Below are positions 37,401 to 52,400 of a stretch of DNA of 64,000 nucleotides, in pieces; positions within the stretch are counted from its first letter, which is position 1, and every line of letters starts with the position of its first letter. The notes beneath the pieces are model-generated. The model had not been told where the DNA came from, made no database searches, and saw nothing but the letters and a program-made list of their open reading frames with translations. The position numbers and the translations under genes were made by a program. This DNA is from Tubiluchus corallicola (Eukaryota > Animalia > Priapulida): assembly GCA_030141605.1 (NCBI GenBank), contig JAQGDQ010000003.1, positions 2,356,001 through 2,420,000 on the forward strand, in the 5' to 3' direction.

Positions 37401-40400
37401 ATAATATGGATAAAGTTAGGAGATTGTATGAGGAAATAAGATACATTACAGATTTCAAAGTGTAAATGTGGTCATAAACAGCTGTCGGTTTATTTTGTAT
37501 AAACAGGAATCTGCACTTGATGATGGTATGGTGTTCTCAGTTATGAACATTTTCGTGTTGATTATCAGAAAACAAAAAGTAATAAAAAAGTTAATGTTTA
37601 TTGAACACATATATTTTTAGAACTTATATAGGAAGGTTATATTCACTCATTTTGCTTGTTATTTTGTCACTAAAAAGTTATCGTATGTTTATATTTTTAT
37701 GATGTTAGTAAAATCTTTCTTTTCTGTCTTATTACAGTGTTTTTGTTGGTACCTGGAATGTGAATGGACAGTCAGCGACAATAGCTTTGCAGAACTGGCT
37801 AACTCAAGATCCTGATCCCCCGGATATCTATGCAGTGGGGTATTTAAAGGATATCACTTTATTTTGTTATAGGAAAAACAGATGCAATAGTACAGTTTCC
37901 AGAAAAATAACTTCACAGCTAAGACAAGGAAATGGACAAATCTGTTATAATTTACGACAATAAGAGAATGCAAACAAGGCAGTTATGGGATACATAGAAA
38001 ATTGACATTATGCTACAGCGTAAACCATTCCGAACATTGTACAGAAACATTTTTTTTAATAGGTACTGTTGCTGAGTCGTCAATTTCACAAGGCATTAGA
38101 GATTTTGGGATTTCACATCCTAAAATTTTTTAGGATAGCGTTTCAAATTTTGAAATAGAGAATGGCGTAAGACACTACCACATAACTGTTTTTGATAACA
38201 CATTTCTAACAGCTTTGAGTCAGCATCAAAACTGATTCTAGGTGTTCGAAATAATTTTGGAAATGTGTCGTCTTCTACCATACATTCTGAATTGCAACTT
38301 ATATCCAAAATGTCTGGTACTTTCATTACACCTTTTGCGAAGCCACCTCAGTGTAATATATACTATATTTTGTAGGGTAATATTATGGCGATGTTAGTGT
38401 TGTTGATCAGTCTTTTTTGTTAATATCATGTTGCTAACCTCTTATTAATGGTTTATAAGTAATAACCATATGTCTGTAATGGTCCATACCAGTATATGCA
38501 AACATTTCACAAGCTTAAAATTGCACCTTCATTTTTATAGTTGACATTTGCAATATAACCAATTAATGTGTTAATAGCTTAAACTCAGGGTCTTTCGCTC
38601 AAATCTAAGTAAAGATCAAATTTTTTACATCCTTTATGCTCACTTTACTTATTATGAATCCCAAAATTTTCAATTTAGATAGCAGTGACCACTGTGTTTT
38701 TTAATCAGTAAAGGATATTGAAAAAGACCATCTGAACTGCATGTTAGACAATCCTAATCTCCACAACAAAGGTGGAATGCCCCATCTAGACAGGCTTACA
38801 AAACACCATTATTATACAATTTATATATATATATGTACTACTAATAAAAACTTGCTGAGAACAAATCAGGTCATAAAATTAACTAGGAGTAAGATACAGG
38901 AAAAAGCAATTACAAATAAAATAATTTTTTGCTTTGCATTTCCAGATTTGTTTCAATTTCAAAAAGTAGTAATATTTTTATCATGCTCTAATTTGGTATT
39001 GCCTGCTCTATTTTAATGTTTAATGCTAAAGATTAGAATAGAATAGCTGTTTGTTGATGCTCTGACTTTTTAAAATACAAACTTGCTTTTACGTCCATTT
39101 CGTCCTTACCTTTACAACAGATTTCAAGAACTAGATCTCAGTAAGGAAGCATTTTTGTTCAATGATTCACCTAAAGAAGAGGAATGGTACAGAGCTGTAA
39201 CTAACGGACTACACCCCGGTGCTGAATATAAGTTGGTGAGTGTATTAGAAAGAATAGCAAAGTATGTGAAGTTTTTGAGTGCATGGCAAACGTGAATGCA
39301 GCATATTCACCAGAAATTAGATTAGGTGGAAAGAAATTTTAGACACTTTTGTATGTATTTTTGTTACATACTTGAGTACATAAGTCTGGTCTCTATTTTA
39401 AACTAATTTTAGTTTGAAGTTGCACTATTATTATGTAGTACAGTTTTGAATTAAATGACTACATTGTTAAAATTTGCAAGCATATCATGCTTGTCACTGA
39501 AGTCAAAATTTGTGCCAGTGCGTTAGTTGTCCGGCATTTTGCACTTTATTTTTTTAGCACACACACAGGCAAATGATGTAGTTGAATCGATTATAAAAAC
39601 AAATATTCAGTAGTGATTGCAGTAGATGGCATTGCAATGATATTGAGCTATTTTTTGAAAAGTAATGTGTACTGCATTTGAAATTGCAAACTGCTTAACA
39701 CTTTTCACATCTCCCAGTCTTTTATCTAAGTGTTTTCTTTGGATAGCTTATAAATTTCCAAAAATTCTGATTCGAAATACATCTTTAATATATTCAACTC
39801 AACTCAAGTGCTTTGAGGACAGTGCATGTTGTGACTTTCAGTGCTGTAAATACAACGCATGTCGCACCTTCATCCTCAAAGGAAAAGAAATACTGACTGT
39901 GTTGTAGCAACAACAATTTTTATTGTACAGGAAGCTATGTAGCAAAATGTTTTTTATATTGTTATACCTCCTAAACCATGCTATTTACGTAATACGTTGA
40001 AACATCTATATGAATCAAGTGAATTGAATTATGTATGATAGGCAATTTCATAAATTACAACATTTGCGTGTACATTAACAATGCCACTCTCTCTCACTTG
40101 ACTTTCAAGAAGGTCGAACTGCAAGTTGTGTCTAAACTTTTGCATCATCTATTATTCTTCTTTTTAGTGCATATGCATAATTAATGTTTATATGTGAGTG
40201 TTCAATAACGCTGTCACAGAAACAGTTTTGTTCAACTTGTGCGTGTGCATTGAATAACTTATACAGCATACACTGGCTTTCGTTATAGGTGAAACTTATT
40301 CGCCTTGTTGGCATGATGCTCATAGTTTATATTCAAGTAAAGCATTTTGATCAGATAGTGGAAGTTTCAGCCGAGTCCGTTGGAACAGGAATTATGGGGA

Positions 40401-43400
40401 AAATGGTAAACAACTTAGGCTAACATTTACTGTCTTTTATTATTAAGGATTTTGTGTTGTTTTGGTCTGTAATGTCTAGAGTTTGTATTTGTTTCACAGT
40501 CTTTGTCTTACATGTCAGTCGTTAACAATCCCACTCAAAGAAACTTTAAGGCCCCATCTTTAGGTCAAATAAAATGTCGTATGTAAATTTCATGCAAGCA
40601 CGAATCACCATCCCAAAAATATGACTATCATCATATGCGAGAAATGATTCTCTAGCCTTTCATGTATATTACAATAGGACAAAGTGTTAAGCCAGTGCTT
40701 TAATCTAGGCTAATTTCCCATTGATCTTCCTTAATGAACACTACTCTATAAAATTAAGCAGCTTTTCATCTTTTTACTCTATAAATAAAGTCATGTTTTA
40801 ATGCGTGTTCAAGAATGTTTGGTACAATGACATATTTTGACTGCTTTTAACCTTTGAGACTCGGGAAATACTCGTAACTTTTCAACACTGTTTGTCAATT
40901 CTGCTTCATACTTGCTTTGGCTACATGCTTGTGTATAAGCATGTGATGGTGACGTAGTCATGACGTGGCTCACTATATATTTTTTATTCTAAAAGTAGGT
41001 ACATATGGAATTTTAAAATTGTTGACATTCTTAAGTTGTTTGTAATGAGTTTTTGCTTAAACAAGTTTTTTAGTTTGAGAAAAGATTTTAGTTACCGTCT
41101 TTAAGATTTGTCTTACTATAATGAAACAAAAATAGTGAAGCAACAATAAGAATTTGCAGTTACTGTAAACTGGAAAAAAGTACAAGCTAAACTTTTGTGA
41201 ACGAAACCGTGTTTACAAAGTGACATTTTTGAGCACCATCATTTCCTGGTTATAACGGCTAAAGTTTGACAGAAATTTAAGGCGTCTTATATGCTATGAA
41301 ATCGTTTCTAATGCAATTGATTATTGACTCAGCAAGTAAATTATTTAATTGTAAACAAAACTAACAACCTAACAATGTGGATCAAAACAACACTCTCTGA
41401 AAATCGAATGATGACAATTTGCTTTCACTGTTTGTGTTTACATTCTTCTACTTTGATGTTTAGTCATCAAAACATTACTCAATGAACATGTACTGAATAA
41501 TAAAAAATGACAAAAATAGGTTGTGGCTTTCATTTGCTGATCTCATTGTGGCACTGGTAACTACTAAATGTGTATTATTGAGTGCTTTGTTGTTTTATAA
41601 ATCAAGTACCATCATCAAACAAAGACGACATGCTACTGTAAGTAGCCAATTGCGACTTAATTACTAGTGCAATTTATGTGTACTGGAAGTTACTCCATTA
41701 GGGTTTCCTTGCGGTATTTGCAAACATTTTCATCACACATTAATTTTTTGGTTTATAGCTGTTTTTTGATGTGCTCTATGAATGTACAAGTACGGCGCAC
41801 AGTAACTACTCATTTTTAAGTCTTGCACTGTTTAATGCTTTTCATTTATCTAGGGCAATAAAGGTGGTGTTGCAGTCAGGTTTATGCTCCATAATAGCAC
41901 ATTCTGTTTTGTGAACTCTCATCTAGCTGCACATGTGGAAGAATTTGAGAGACGGAATCAGGTAGGAATATTACACATTAATGCAAACAGCAATCTGAAA
42001 TAATAAGGTGTGCATGTAGAATTTTACGATATTAAACTTCTTTCTGATATATCCTATTACTGCATCTCCTGTCCTCCTTTGAGGTGTTTTTTCTCTATTG
42101 TGCAGTAACATCTGTAGTCGTGCTGTTCCATGCTCAAGCTGAGTTTAACAGCCTGGTAAAATCTGTAGGAGTACAATAACAATTTTGTCATGGAGACAAC
42201 TACATTTTTCTTGTTCTCTAATAGCTTTTATATTAAGGCTTTATTTCTGGTTATGACCTTTTATTACCAGGAACATTAAAATCACATTATTCTTGCTTAT
42301 CTTTTACTAAGCTGCTGAAATTGAGAGTTTTTTCAGAAAAGCATAATTAATTATTTCCACATGCATTATGTTTCTGTTATAGGATTACAATGAGATATGC
42401 AGCAGAATGCTGTTCCATCGATTTGATCCGCCATTAAGTATTCGTCAGCATGAGTGAGTAAAAATATTTTAATCTTTATATGTGTAGATTACCCTGATTT
42501 TTTAATCAGTTTTTTTAAATACGGTAATATTTCTGGCAGTAATGTGCATTCTTGAGAGTAGTAATCGCGTGTACATGTCTTTCAATACGTTTCAAATCAA
42601 TTGTAACAATGTCAAAATACTAATGATATCTCTAATAATTGTCGTGTGACCTATTGCTAATTACTGCAGACTCATTGTACTTTATCAGTAAAAGTAAGAG
42701 GGCCTCACATGTATTTAGATATTCTTCCAGTCCTTGAAATTAGGATGAAGTAATGAACGATGGTTACACTAATAATGGATTATCACATCAAAATTATCAA
42801 TTTTAATTAATTTTAGTTAAAACTTCTAAATCATCATAATGCACAGGGTAAGGGATGCCTTCCTTAATATATGTGTATTAATTATCGTATGCCTTTTGTT
42901 TTCAGTGTGATAATTTGGCTTGGAGACTTAAACTACAGGTTAGATCAACTGACCAATGAACAAGTGGAAGTACTTATCAGTAGGAATCAGTTTGCAAAGT
43001 TGCAGGAGTACGATCAGTTATACAGGCAGAAAAAGTTGGGCAGAGTGTTTAGTGATTACCATGAAGGTGCTGTAACATTTAAACCTACATATAAGTATGA
43101 TCCAGGTACCGACCAGTATGATTCTAGGTGAGTTCTATGTTAGTATTTGTACTGAATGGTTAAACATTGGATATTTTATTTACCACTTTTATACTTTTGT
43201 GTTATTGACATTTCCTAGCGAAGGTCCACGCCCATTGACACATTTTATTCCACGTTTAATGCCGTTTACTTCAAGCTTTGATTTTATGCTGGAAAACACT
43301 TGAAATAGTGTATGTTCTTTGTGTTTTTAAATTAAAATTGACTATATTAATTTTTTAAGTTTTCTACACTGCAAACATTAGTTTATCATGTTGCAACATG

Positions 43401-46400
43401 ACACAACTGATGCATGTTTTGGTTAAAACATAACAACACCATTTTGAGGCAGAGTTAATGGCTTAGTGGTTGTATGCATATGCTTGACGGGAATGAATTG
43501 TGACCACCTGAATTCGCTATTCATTCTGGACAGTCTCATTTGCTATATTTTGTAGATTGGGGATTTATATACAGTAAGTCCTCGCTTAACCACTCTCTGT
43601 TTAACCACGCTGAACATTTGACACCTTTTTTCACTTAACGATGCACCGTTTTTCTAATGACCATTTTTTGCTCAAAGCCAATTTTCATTTTATCAACAAC
43701 TTTTTTTACTTAATTTGATGCATTAAAACAGTCATATTGTGTCATTCTGTTCTAAACACGCACTAGTAATGTAAACACTGCAATTATTGTGTAAGCACAT
43801 ATATTTTTGCTTCCCAACTGCCATTTGCATCAAACAAGATTTGGGAGCAAACTTTGTGCAAAGGAATTTTGCCTGCAACCTGTTGCTATAGCAACCAGAC
43901 TGAGAAAAATTTTAACAAAAGGTCGTACCAGGGCTTGGCTATGACTCTACTGCAGTGTTTATAATTTAACCGCTGCCTAGACTTAAACGTCTACAAAATA
44001 AAAACTGCTAGCTAGGTAAGTAAGGTATAGAGGTTGTTTCAAGCAAGCAGAAGGAAATTAATCGCTAGAAACATTGAATAAAGCTCATATTACGTTCAAT
44101 TTATATGATTTAAGCAGCACTGATTATCGCCCCTGGAATGTATCCCAATTCTTTTACACTACTTCCTATGGAAGTCTTGGCTTCATTAAATGACGCTTAA
44201 CGTTGCCATTAGCATCATTGTGCATCTGAACATGGCTGAGATACCTCTGCTGCTTCAGTGGCTCACCTTGATGAGCAGACTCCATTTTCACGACAAATAT
44301 CATCGTTGAGAGCGTCTTGCCACAGAATGCTGTATTATGGTTTGCAATTGATGAAAAAATGTATTGTTTTCTGTTAAGTGAGAAATGTCGTGTCCCAGCG
44401 TGGTGTGACAGAATCTTATGGAAGGGACAGCACATTAATCAGTTAGCTTACAGACATCATCCTAAATTGAAAATAAGTGATCATAAACCTGTCAGCTCGC
44501 TTTTTGAAATTGGGGTAAGCATTTAATATGATAAAACTTATGTTGGTAAAAATGACAATGACAACTTAACAGACATGATGATGATAGTAATGATGGTTAA
44601 TGAACAGTGGCAATTCCTGGGTAATTTCTAAGAAATAGTTTAATAACTAAGTATCAATTAATTAATGCATGCAGACATGGCACAGTAATCATTTTGGATG
44701 ATGGCATAATTCAGTTACATTTCTGTATATTCGGAGATTTGGGCACTCCAGAGATATTTTTGTTTTTTCTTGCAGTTAAATTAGGGATGTCATGAAGCTT
44801 CGCCAAAACCGGAGCTTCGAACTTGAATCTGAATTGGAGCTTTGATTCAATTCGATTCACTGAAATTTTTTGTTACTTTAGATCCGATCCGATTCAGAAG
44901 AGTATTTTTTAAAAAATGGTTTGGCTTCGGCTGCAATTCAGTAGCACTTTATTACAAACACAATTATATACCTTTTTACCTTTAAATTTTTCCACAAAAC
45001 TACTTAAATCACTACCTTTTTGATAATTGATCCCTGATACTTGATACTCGAAAAAAGCAGATGTTGCCATATTTAGTTTCACTTTGTGTCCAACTCATGA
45101 AAAATGAAATCCTACGTGAAAGTGCGCAGCACATTTCGGTTTTACCTACTTAGTTTCAACAAAAATACTAAGATTTCCTATAATTAGTTTAGCATAGCTA
45201 ATCATAGTTTTTATTATTGCAGAATTACTATTAACCATGCTGCACAGACAGATCATCTGTAATCTTTTTTTTTGCAAAAATCAAAACTGGATTATCACTC
45301 TGCCATAATTTGATTAAAAGCTGCATAGATTCCAATAAGACTCAGTTTAAAAATAGCTAAAAAATCAAAATTCTAATTTGGGTAGGTTTTCAAAATTATG
45401 CTAAATTGAGATCCTGATTTGATCTGGATTTGAAAATTATCTTAAATTGAGATTTGAATTTGATCCAGATTCAGAAATTTTGTAAAATGAGATTCCATTT
45501 AGATTCGGATTAGATAATTTCAGATTCGTGACATCCCTAAAGTAAATTACGTGTTTTTATTTTGCTGTAATTGGTTTGTACGTGTGCGTGTAATAAGAAT
45601 GTTTTCACAAAAATCATTTAGTGGCATTTAGAATCTTAATTTTTAAACTTTGGATTACTCTGGCTTTGAACTTTAATATAAGTGAGCAGTTCATTCATTT
45701 ACAACATAAAAACACTGAAAATTTTTAGTTTATGCAGCTGATAAGCCATTATTTACATGCAAGCCATAATTGTGCAATACTTTGCATTATTGCTGAAATT
45801 GATTTCTCAACCTGCATTTGGAGTAGTCCATTTTTGTCTGAGAAAAATTTCTAATTTGAGTTGGTTTAAATGCTTTTAAAGCTTCAATTTTGAAAGCTTC
45901 TATTCACCAAGAGTGATACCTTGTTTGCATGACTGATGCCTTGTAAAATAATTTTATGTCCATTTGTTTCCTTTAGGTGAAGGTAACTGATGTAATTAAA
46001 TTCAAGAAGGTTTATGAAGATTTGATGAAACAACTAGACAAGTTAGAAAATGAATATCTACCTCAGGTTGCGCTGGATACCATGGAGGTACGTGATTTAA
46101 ACACACTCTATACCGAAAAATACTCTGTTAACAATCAAAAAATTGATTGCAATCACGATCACCTTCATTAGAAAATTTTGACTACGATTGTGACCATAAT
46201 CAAATAATTTAAGACTTGATATATGTAAATTCACAAATTAAAAGAAACCGGTATTTTTGTTTACACATGGTTGTGTTTACTTTTACGTATTCTAGACGTT
46301 ACTGCAGTCAATAAAATAAAATATTACAAAAAATACTGAGTAGAAATTCCGAAAATTTCTTTGAATGTTGGACCGAAATAATCGCAAAAGTGTTTGCTTA

Positions 46401-49400
46401 GCATTGTGATGCGATCATGGTCAACAATCACATTTTGAGAAAATGATCGCAATCATTTATCCAATCAAACTGAATTTAATGCGATCATTTTTGATTGTGA
46501 TCATTATAACCCTGTGTAAATGTATGATTAATGTGTGATCTGCAAATGTTGGGAGATAGTCCTGTTGTTGTTAATAATATTATTGTAATTAGCTATATAA
46601 TTTAAAGATCAAGTGCTTTGAAAAACCTGTTTATTTGACGAAACTTGTTTGTTAAATATTATTGTTTTAAATGTTTGGCTATTTTAGCACCTATATTTTT
46701 TGTTGGTAGCTCCAGTTTGGTAATGTGATGTTTGTTGAGCCCTCCGTCCAGTACCTGACTGTCGCTAATACCGGGCAGGTTCCCGTTGAGTTTGAGTTTA
46801 TACGCAAACTAGATGATGTAAGCTACTGCAAGGAATGGCTGACGATTTCGCCTTATAAAGAATGTATTCTGCCAGGTATATTGCCTGTTATGGAGAAACA
46901 CAATCATGGAAACTCTTGTAATTTGGTGCATTTGCGTGCTTATACTTTTAATGTGTTTATATGATTGTTTATATGTTTAATTCACATCTGTTGTAGTGAG
47001 ACTTTTCTATATAGGTGATACGCAAAAAGTTCGATTGGAAATATACATTGATTCCAAAATCGCAGGCAAACTTAACTCAGGACTAGACAGAATTGAGGAC
47101 ATTTTGGTTCTGCATCTACTAGGAGGAAAAGATATTTTCATATCCTTAATTAGTATGAGTGTGTGTGTGTACTTGCGTGTGTGCGTGCGTGCTTCCGTGT
47201 GTGTGTGTGTGCGTGTGTGATCTCATTATTGAAGTGGTACTATGTGTAACATTTTTGTCATTATATACAGCGTATGCACGCAAAACAGCTGATTATGCTA
47301 GTTTTGTTTACGTATCCAAGGCCTCGGATGTTACACCAGCAAGCTTGGAATGCCATTGTCACACATGCACGGCACTTCAATCTATGAACATTATACATTT
47401 TTGACAAAGCACTTTGTCCGTAATATAGGTTAAAATGTGGACACATTAGTTAATGTGAATTTTTCCATTTCTTAAATTTTAGTATTTTGCCATCTTGCTC
47501 TTATAATAGTTTCAAAACAGCATAAAACAAAATAAAACCAAAAGCCCCACAAAACGTTTACAATAAAGGTACCAGGATATTAATGTAGTAGTAATTCATA
47601 AGCTATGGCGAAATCACATAGGTAAGGCCTCATGAAACTCTTAAGGCTTATCATAGCAACAGTTAAACGACAGCCATTCCTTTAGGATTTAAGTCTAAAA
47701 TGCCAATTAATCTATTCATACAACTATTTTTTTGTTAAACCTGTATGTAGATTTTAGACCACCCAGGATAATGTGCATGTATATGATCATTCTGTATGCA
47801 GGAATATGTTTATTAATACACCTTAATAACACCTGATAATAAAAATTAATTTGAACTCACATTTACGTCTGAATTATAAAACTGATGTACGATTGTCAGC
47901 TGCTGCAGTGTAATGGAAAATGTACAGGTTAGATAGCGCTATTCATTACACGTGGCTAATTTTTTAACCAATAGGTTTATTACGAATGTAATACAGTATG
48001 CCATTGATAGATTGTATAACTGCTGACTAATACAAATTCAATGAACTGAACATGCTTTTGTGTCATTCTCTTACTCTGCATGTTTCTCTTTTTCTCTCTC
48101 TCTATCTCTTCCCATGCTCTGCCTTCCCTTCTCCATCTATATTCGTGTCAGTAGTCTTGCCCCGTTCTCTCTCTTGCCCTTGCCAAAATTTCTGATCATT
48201 TAACATTATTGTAGCTAAGGATTACCTCAATGGTTCTCCAAAATTTGCTATAATTTTTTGAAAGCAATTAAGTAACCCTGTTTAAAAGTCTATTAGTTGC
48301 TGGGTTGAATAGGAAGCACATTCCACAGCGAAAGTTTGTGATAAGCAATTACAAAATTCTGTCGGGCCAGCACGGGTCAGCTGGGAGTACATGTAACAGC
48401 ATCACGACTTGCATCATTCCCTGCAGTGCAATATTTAAGTGCTAACAAAAATTTACTGGTCATAGATCAGTCATTATGCATTTGATACAGATAAACTAGT
48501 CTCATCTTTGAATTTAGCAAACGAAATGTACATTTCTATGAAAGTGAGGCCTGCTTCCATATGTATAGACTATGTACTTTTAAAACACAGTGCACATAGA
48601 TCGTTTATTACTTTTTTAACATAAGAAATAAAATTTTCTACCTTCAGTATACCAGCATAAGCACTTCAAAGCACCTATTAACTAAACTTTAATGAAATCA
48701 GACAAAATGAAGTAGTTGTTTGTTTCTGATATATTTCAACATTATAATAATAATATAACATTTTTTCACAATTTTCTGTAGTGACATGTTCTATGTTTGT
48801 AGACTGTGCCTACAGAAACAAAGGAGAAATAACTGATGGTCACAGTGAGTACTTGACAAATGAAGTTAAGCAATGCCGAGAAAGGCAGTAAATTGATGGG
48901 TGACACTAGAAAAGTCTACTGATGAAGGATGTATACTCATCCACAAGTGGCTAAGCCATTTCTTTCGATTCAGCGACTTACTTTAAAGAACTAATATGCT
49001 TGATAATAGCTGAAGGTCTACTACACCAATCTACAAACGACATTAATTTAAAAAAGATGGTGTTTTTGAGTCCTGGATTGCTGCTTGTACAGTCCAGAAC
49101 TAGAAGCTGACACATAACTTTTCTACTGGTAATAGTATAGAACAATCTATTATGAACATCAAAATACTGCTGAAACAATAGCGAGTCTATTATGCCTGTT
49201 ATATGACTACTGTTTAAAGATACACTGCACATAATTTCATAAGGTCAATAGTTTTTGTAAGGCATGTTCGTTAGCATGCGCACCAGGGTCGCGCGCATTG
49301 TTTCTAGCCGACCAATCAGCGAATGACATCCGTCTTCTTGTCGAAAACCCAAACTCTCTCCACCAACTACTAAAGTAGGAATGTAATTTTTGTGTGAACT

Positions 49401-52400
49401 TTAGGTTTAAGTACTGTTAACATTGCAGTGTTTTTTTCTGTAGTGTGGAATTTTTATATATAATGTACCACAGTATATTGTTGGAACTGCTTTACTAGGC
49501 TTTTGGTATAATTTTGTAATGTATTGTAGTATTGCAAACAATGCTTTACTATGTTCAGGCTGAGATACGTCAGAGCGTTCAGAGAAATTCTCAGCTAAGC
49601 TAGTGACCGCTTGAGAAAACACAGCCATGGCACAACTCAAATCTTTAAACTGGGATTCACAACGCGATGACAAATTTTGCAATTCTACAGCTAAATTTGA
49701 TTACTGTGTCTGCTAGTATTAAAGCCTGAATTTCTGCATAGACCAGGTATGCAATGAAGGTTAGCATTAGCAGACAGAAAGCAAGCTGACCTAGTTTACT
49801 ATCAGGATATGAAATTTCGCTTGGGGGACATGGTTGATAATAGGGCCAGCAGAACAACCGCGTGTAGGCTCAAACAAGACGTCTGGATCTACATGGAGGA
49901 GGTGAGTTGCTGCTAATGTGGTAGCAGGCCCGACAACAGGTGCCTCTTAACAATATTAACAAATCTATACGTGTAGTTCGCAGAGCCTTGCTGTTTTAAT
50001 TTTTACGATTATTATTTATTAAACTTTTTTTCAGATCCTATGAAGATCAATTGAATTTGAAGTGATTATATACTGCAAATGATATACACCTTTCTGGGTG
50101 TGTGTATGTGTGTGTGCAAAAATTTAGCCTTACACTATTTTTGTCCAGGTCATACATTTTTGGGCTAATTTGACTGGTCTATTATTTTCTCATAACATAC
50201 TAGCATTTCTGACATAATTAAAAATAAAGCCTTTAATTATGTCATTAGCTACAAACTAGCTATCGGATAAAAAAGCAACGCATCAATCTCTAATTTTTTT
50301 ATCAACATTAGATGTATTTTATGATCATTAATGGTTACCTGGCAATTAATTTTTCAAGTAAAACAGTCTTAATGTTTGGTTTGGGATCGGGTGCTGATGA
50401 TGTCAGAGTCCCGTATCGTCGTTCACGGGATTCACGCTCAGAACGAGTGTAACTTGCCTGGTATAGATAATTAACACAGTTTGGACGATTATAGACGACA
50501 TATATGAGAAAAAATTAAAGTTATCTAAATTTGGTGCATGGGACGGGGGTGCAGATGACGTCATTGCTGCCCTTGCCATGCAACTTAGACTCAAAATTCT
50601 TGTAGCAAATGGCCTACATGGTTTCCTATTGGTGCATAATAATTTCATCTCATTTTATGACTTGGCTTGCAAGTTACGTACAAATATTTGATTTTGTGAA
50701 ATAGATTGACGGGTACTGATGACGTAATTTGGCCACTTCGTGTGTTCCTAGATCACTAATAATACCACCAAATGAAAGCCCACATATAACTTACTATTCA
50801 TCCCTAATAGTAACCAAGTGTCTATCTGTGAACGTTTTGGAGTTATAAGCCTCCAAAGTACACGGCCATTTCTAGACTTAGTGTCCCAGGATAGTGGGCT
50901 AAAGTGTGAAGTTGTATAAAAATTTCCAAAGTGACATGAAGAATCAGTCTTGAAAGTTTGACAGCTATATCTAGTCAATCCCCTTTTCTCAGCTACCAGA
51001 CCAGATTGTAAATTACATATATATAAATTTGATGAAAAATATCAGAGAAACTAAAGTAACTAAATTAAATTTTTATATTAACTATTTTGTTGTTGAATAG
51101 TTTAAGTATTTTTCACAATAAGCACATTTTTTTCAACAAAATAGTTTTGGAAGGATATGATACCTAGGGTACTGAAACCCAAAATTCCCAGAATAAAAAT
51201 GTCTTTAAACCAACTCCTACACACATTTTCTTAAAGCACTCTGACCATTCTTTATGAATCATAATAAAATTTTTTGCAACTTTTGTTTCTGCACTGCTAT
51301 TTAAATAAAAAATGTGAAAAATTGCTTTATATTGTCAATGGGAAAATCGCTTTGTCCGAAATGTAACACAATGATTTATGTTTGGTGAGACTAGCAATTC
51401 TAACTAACACTTACATTAAATTTAGTACCTGATTCGCTAGATAATACAATTAATTGTTTTTTGATTAATTATATAATTGAAACTCGATAGTGCAAACACT
51501 GATCAATTGTTTAATTGTTTGAATAGTTTAGTAATTGAAATTCGTTTACTATTTTTGTTGAATTGGAAAAGTTGTTTGATAGACCAACTTGACAATCTGC
51601 TGTCTGATTGGTTGTTAGCTTACATTGGCTAGGTGAGTGAATAGGGAAGCTAAATGGCCAGCTTGTTGATCTGTTCGAGATTTTAGAGCACAACTGATGC
51701 TGTGTGCAGGTGGTATTGATTAAAATTGTTACTTTTGGTACCACAGATGCATGACAAAATGGTTTAGGTCTGAAGCAGTTTCCCCAAATACTATATTACT
51801 AAGATGGTTGGCCACAGATTGTTTTGTAGTTCTTCAACTGTTTTGCATGCTATAACCTTAAGTGAGTATAGCTTTTTAGAGTTAAATGACTAGGATAAAA
51901 ATTTTAATTTGCCCAAGATGGTTAAATGTACCAAATTGCATTGATTTTCTTTAACTATCTCTCACGTGACGGTTAGTGGCACATATATACCTAGTAGCTT
52001 TGGTTCATCTTTGGATGCTCTTTGTCACATGCCAGGCCCTATTCGTGACGTGCCTGTTGCAAACCTCATAGACTTGGTAAGTTATAGTAATTAGTAATTA
52101 CCACCTATTAATAAAGTGACAAAAACATTTTTGTTGCATCATTTGAAATATTTAGCATGATAAGCTATTAATTTTTACCTGTGATTTCATATCAGTAATC
52201 TTTTTTGTTAACTGACTTTTTCTTGAAATGTCAGTACTTGTTTAAAGGATGTGGATCACATAGGTGTAATCTTATTGTGTGCTGAGTTCATATTACTCAT
52301 TGATAGAATTTTATATTGCAAACTTGTTGAAGCATATATTAAACTCCCTGCTTTTGCTGAAACATTTCACTGTGTGCAATTTTTATTAATGTGATAATAA

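Noticed and set aside
43455-43520. tRNA A-box-like sequence tggcttagtgg (similar on the minus strand near 56590-56622)
   Set aside because: No cloverleaf or clear B-box; at most a decayed SINE head, not a tRNA gene.
52248-52263. Candidate microexon after the LIDL clathrin-box exon (aag|gatgtggatcacatag|gt)
   Set aside because: It is 16 nt long, would shift the frame, and has a weak donor.
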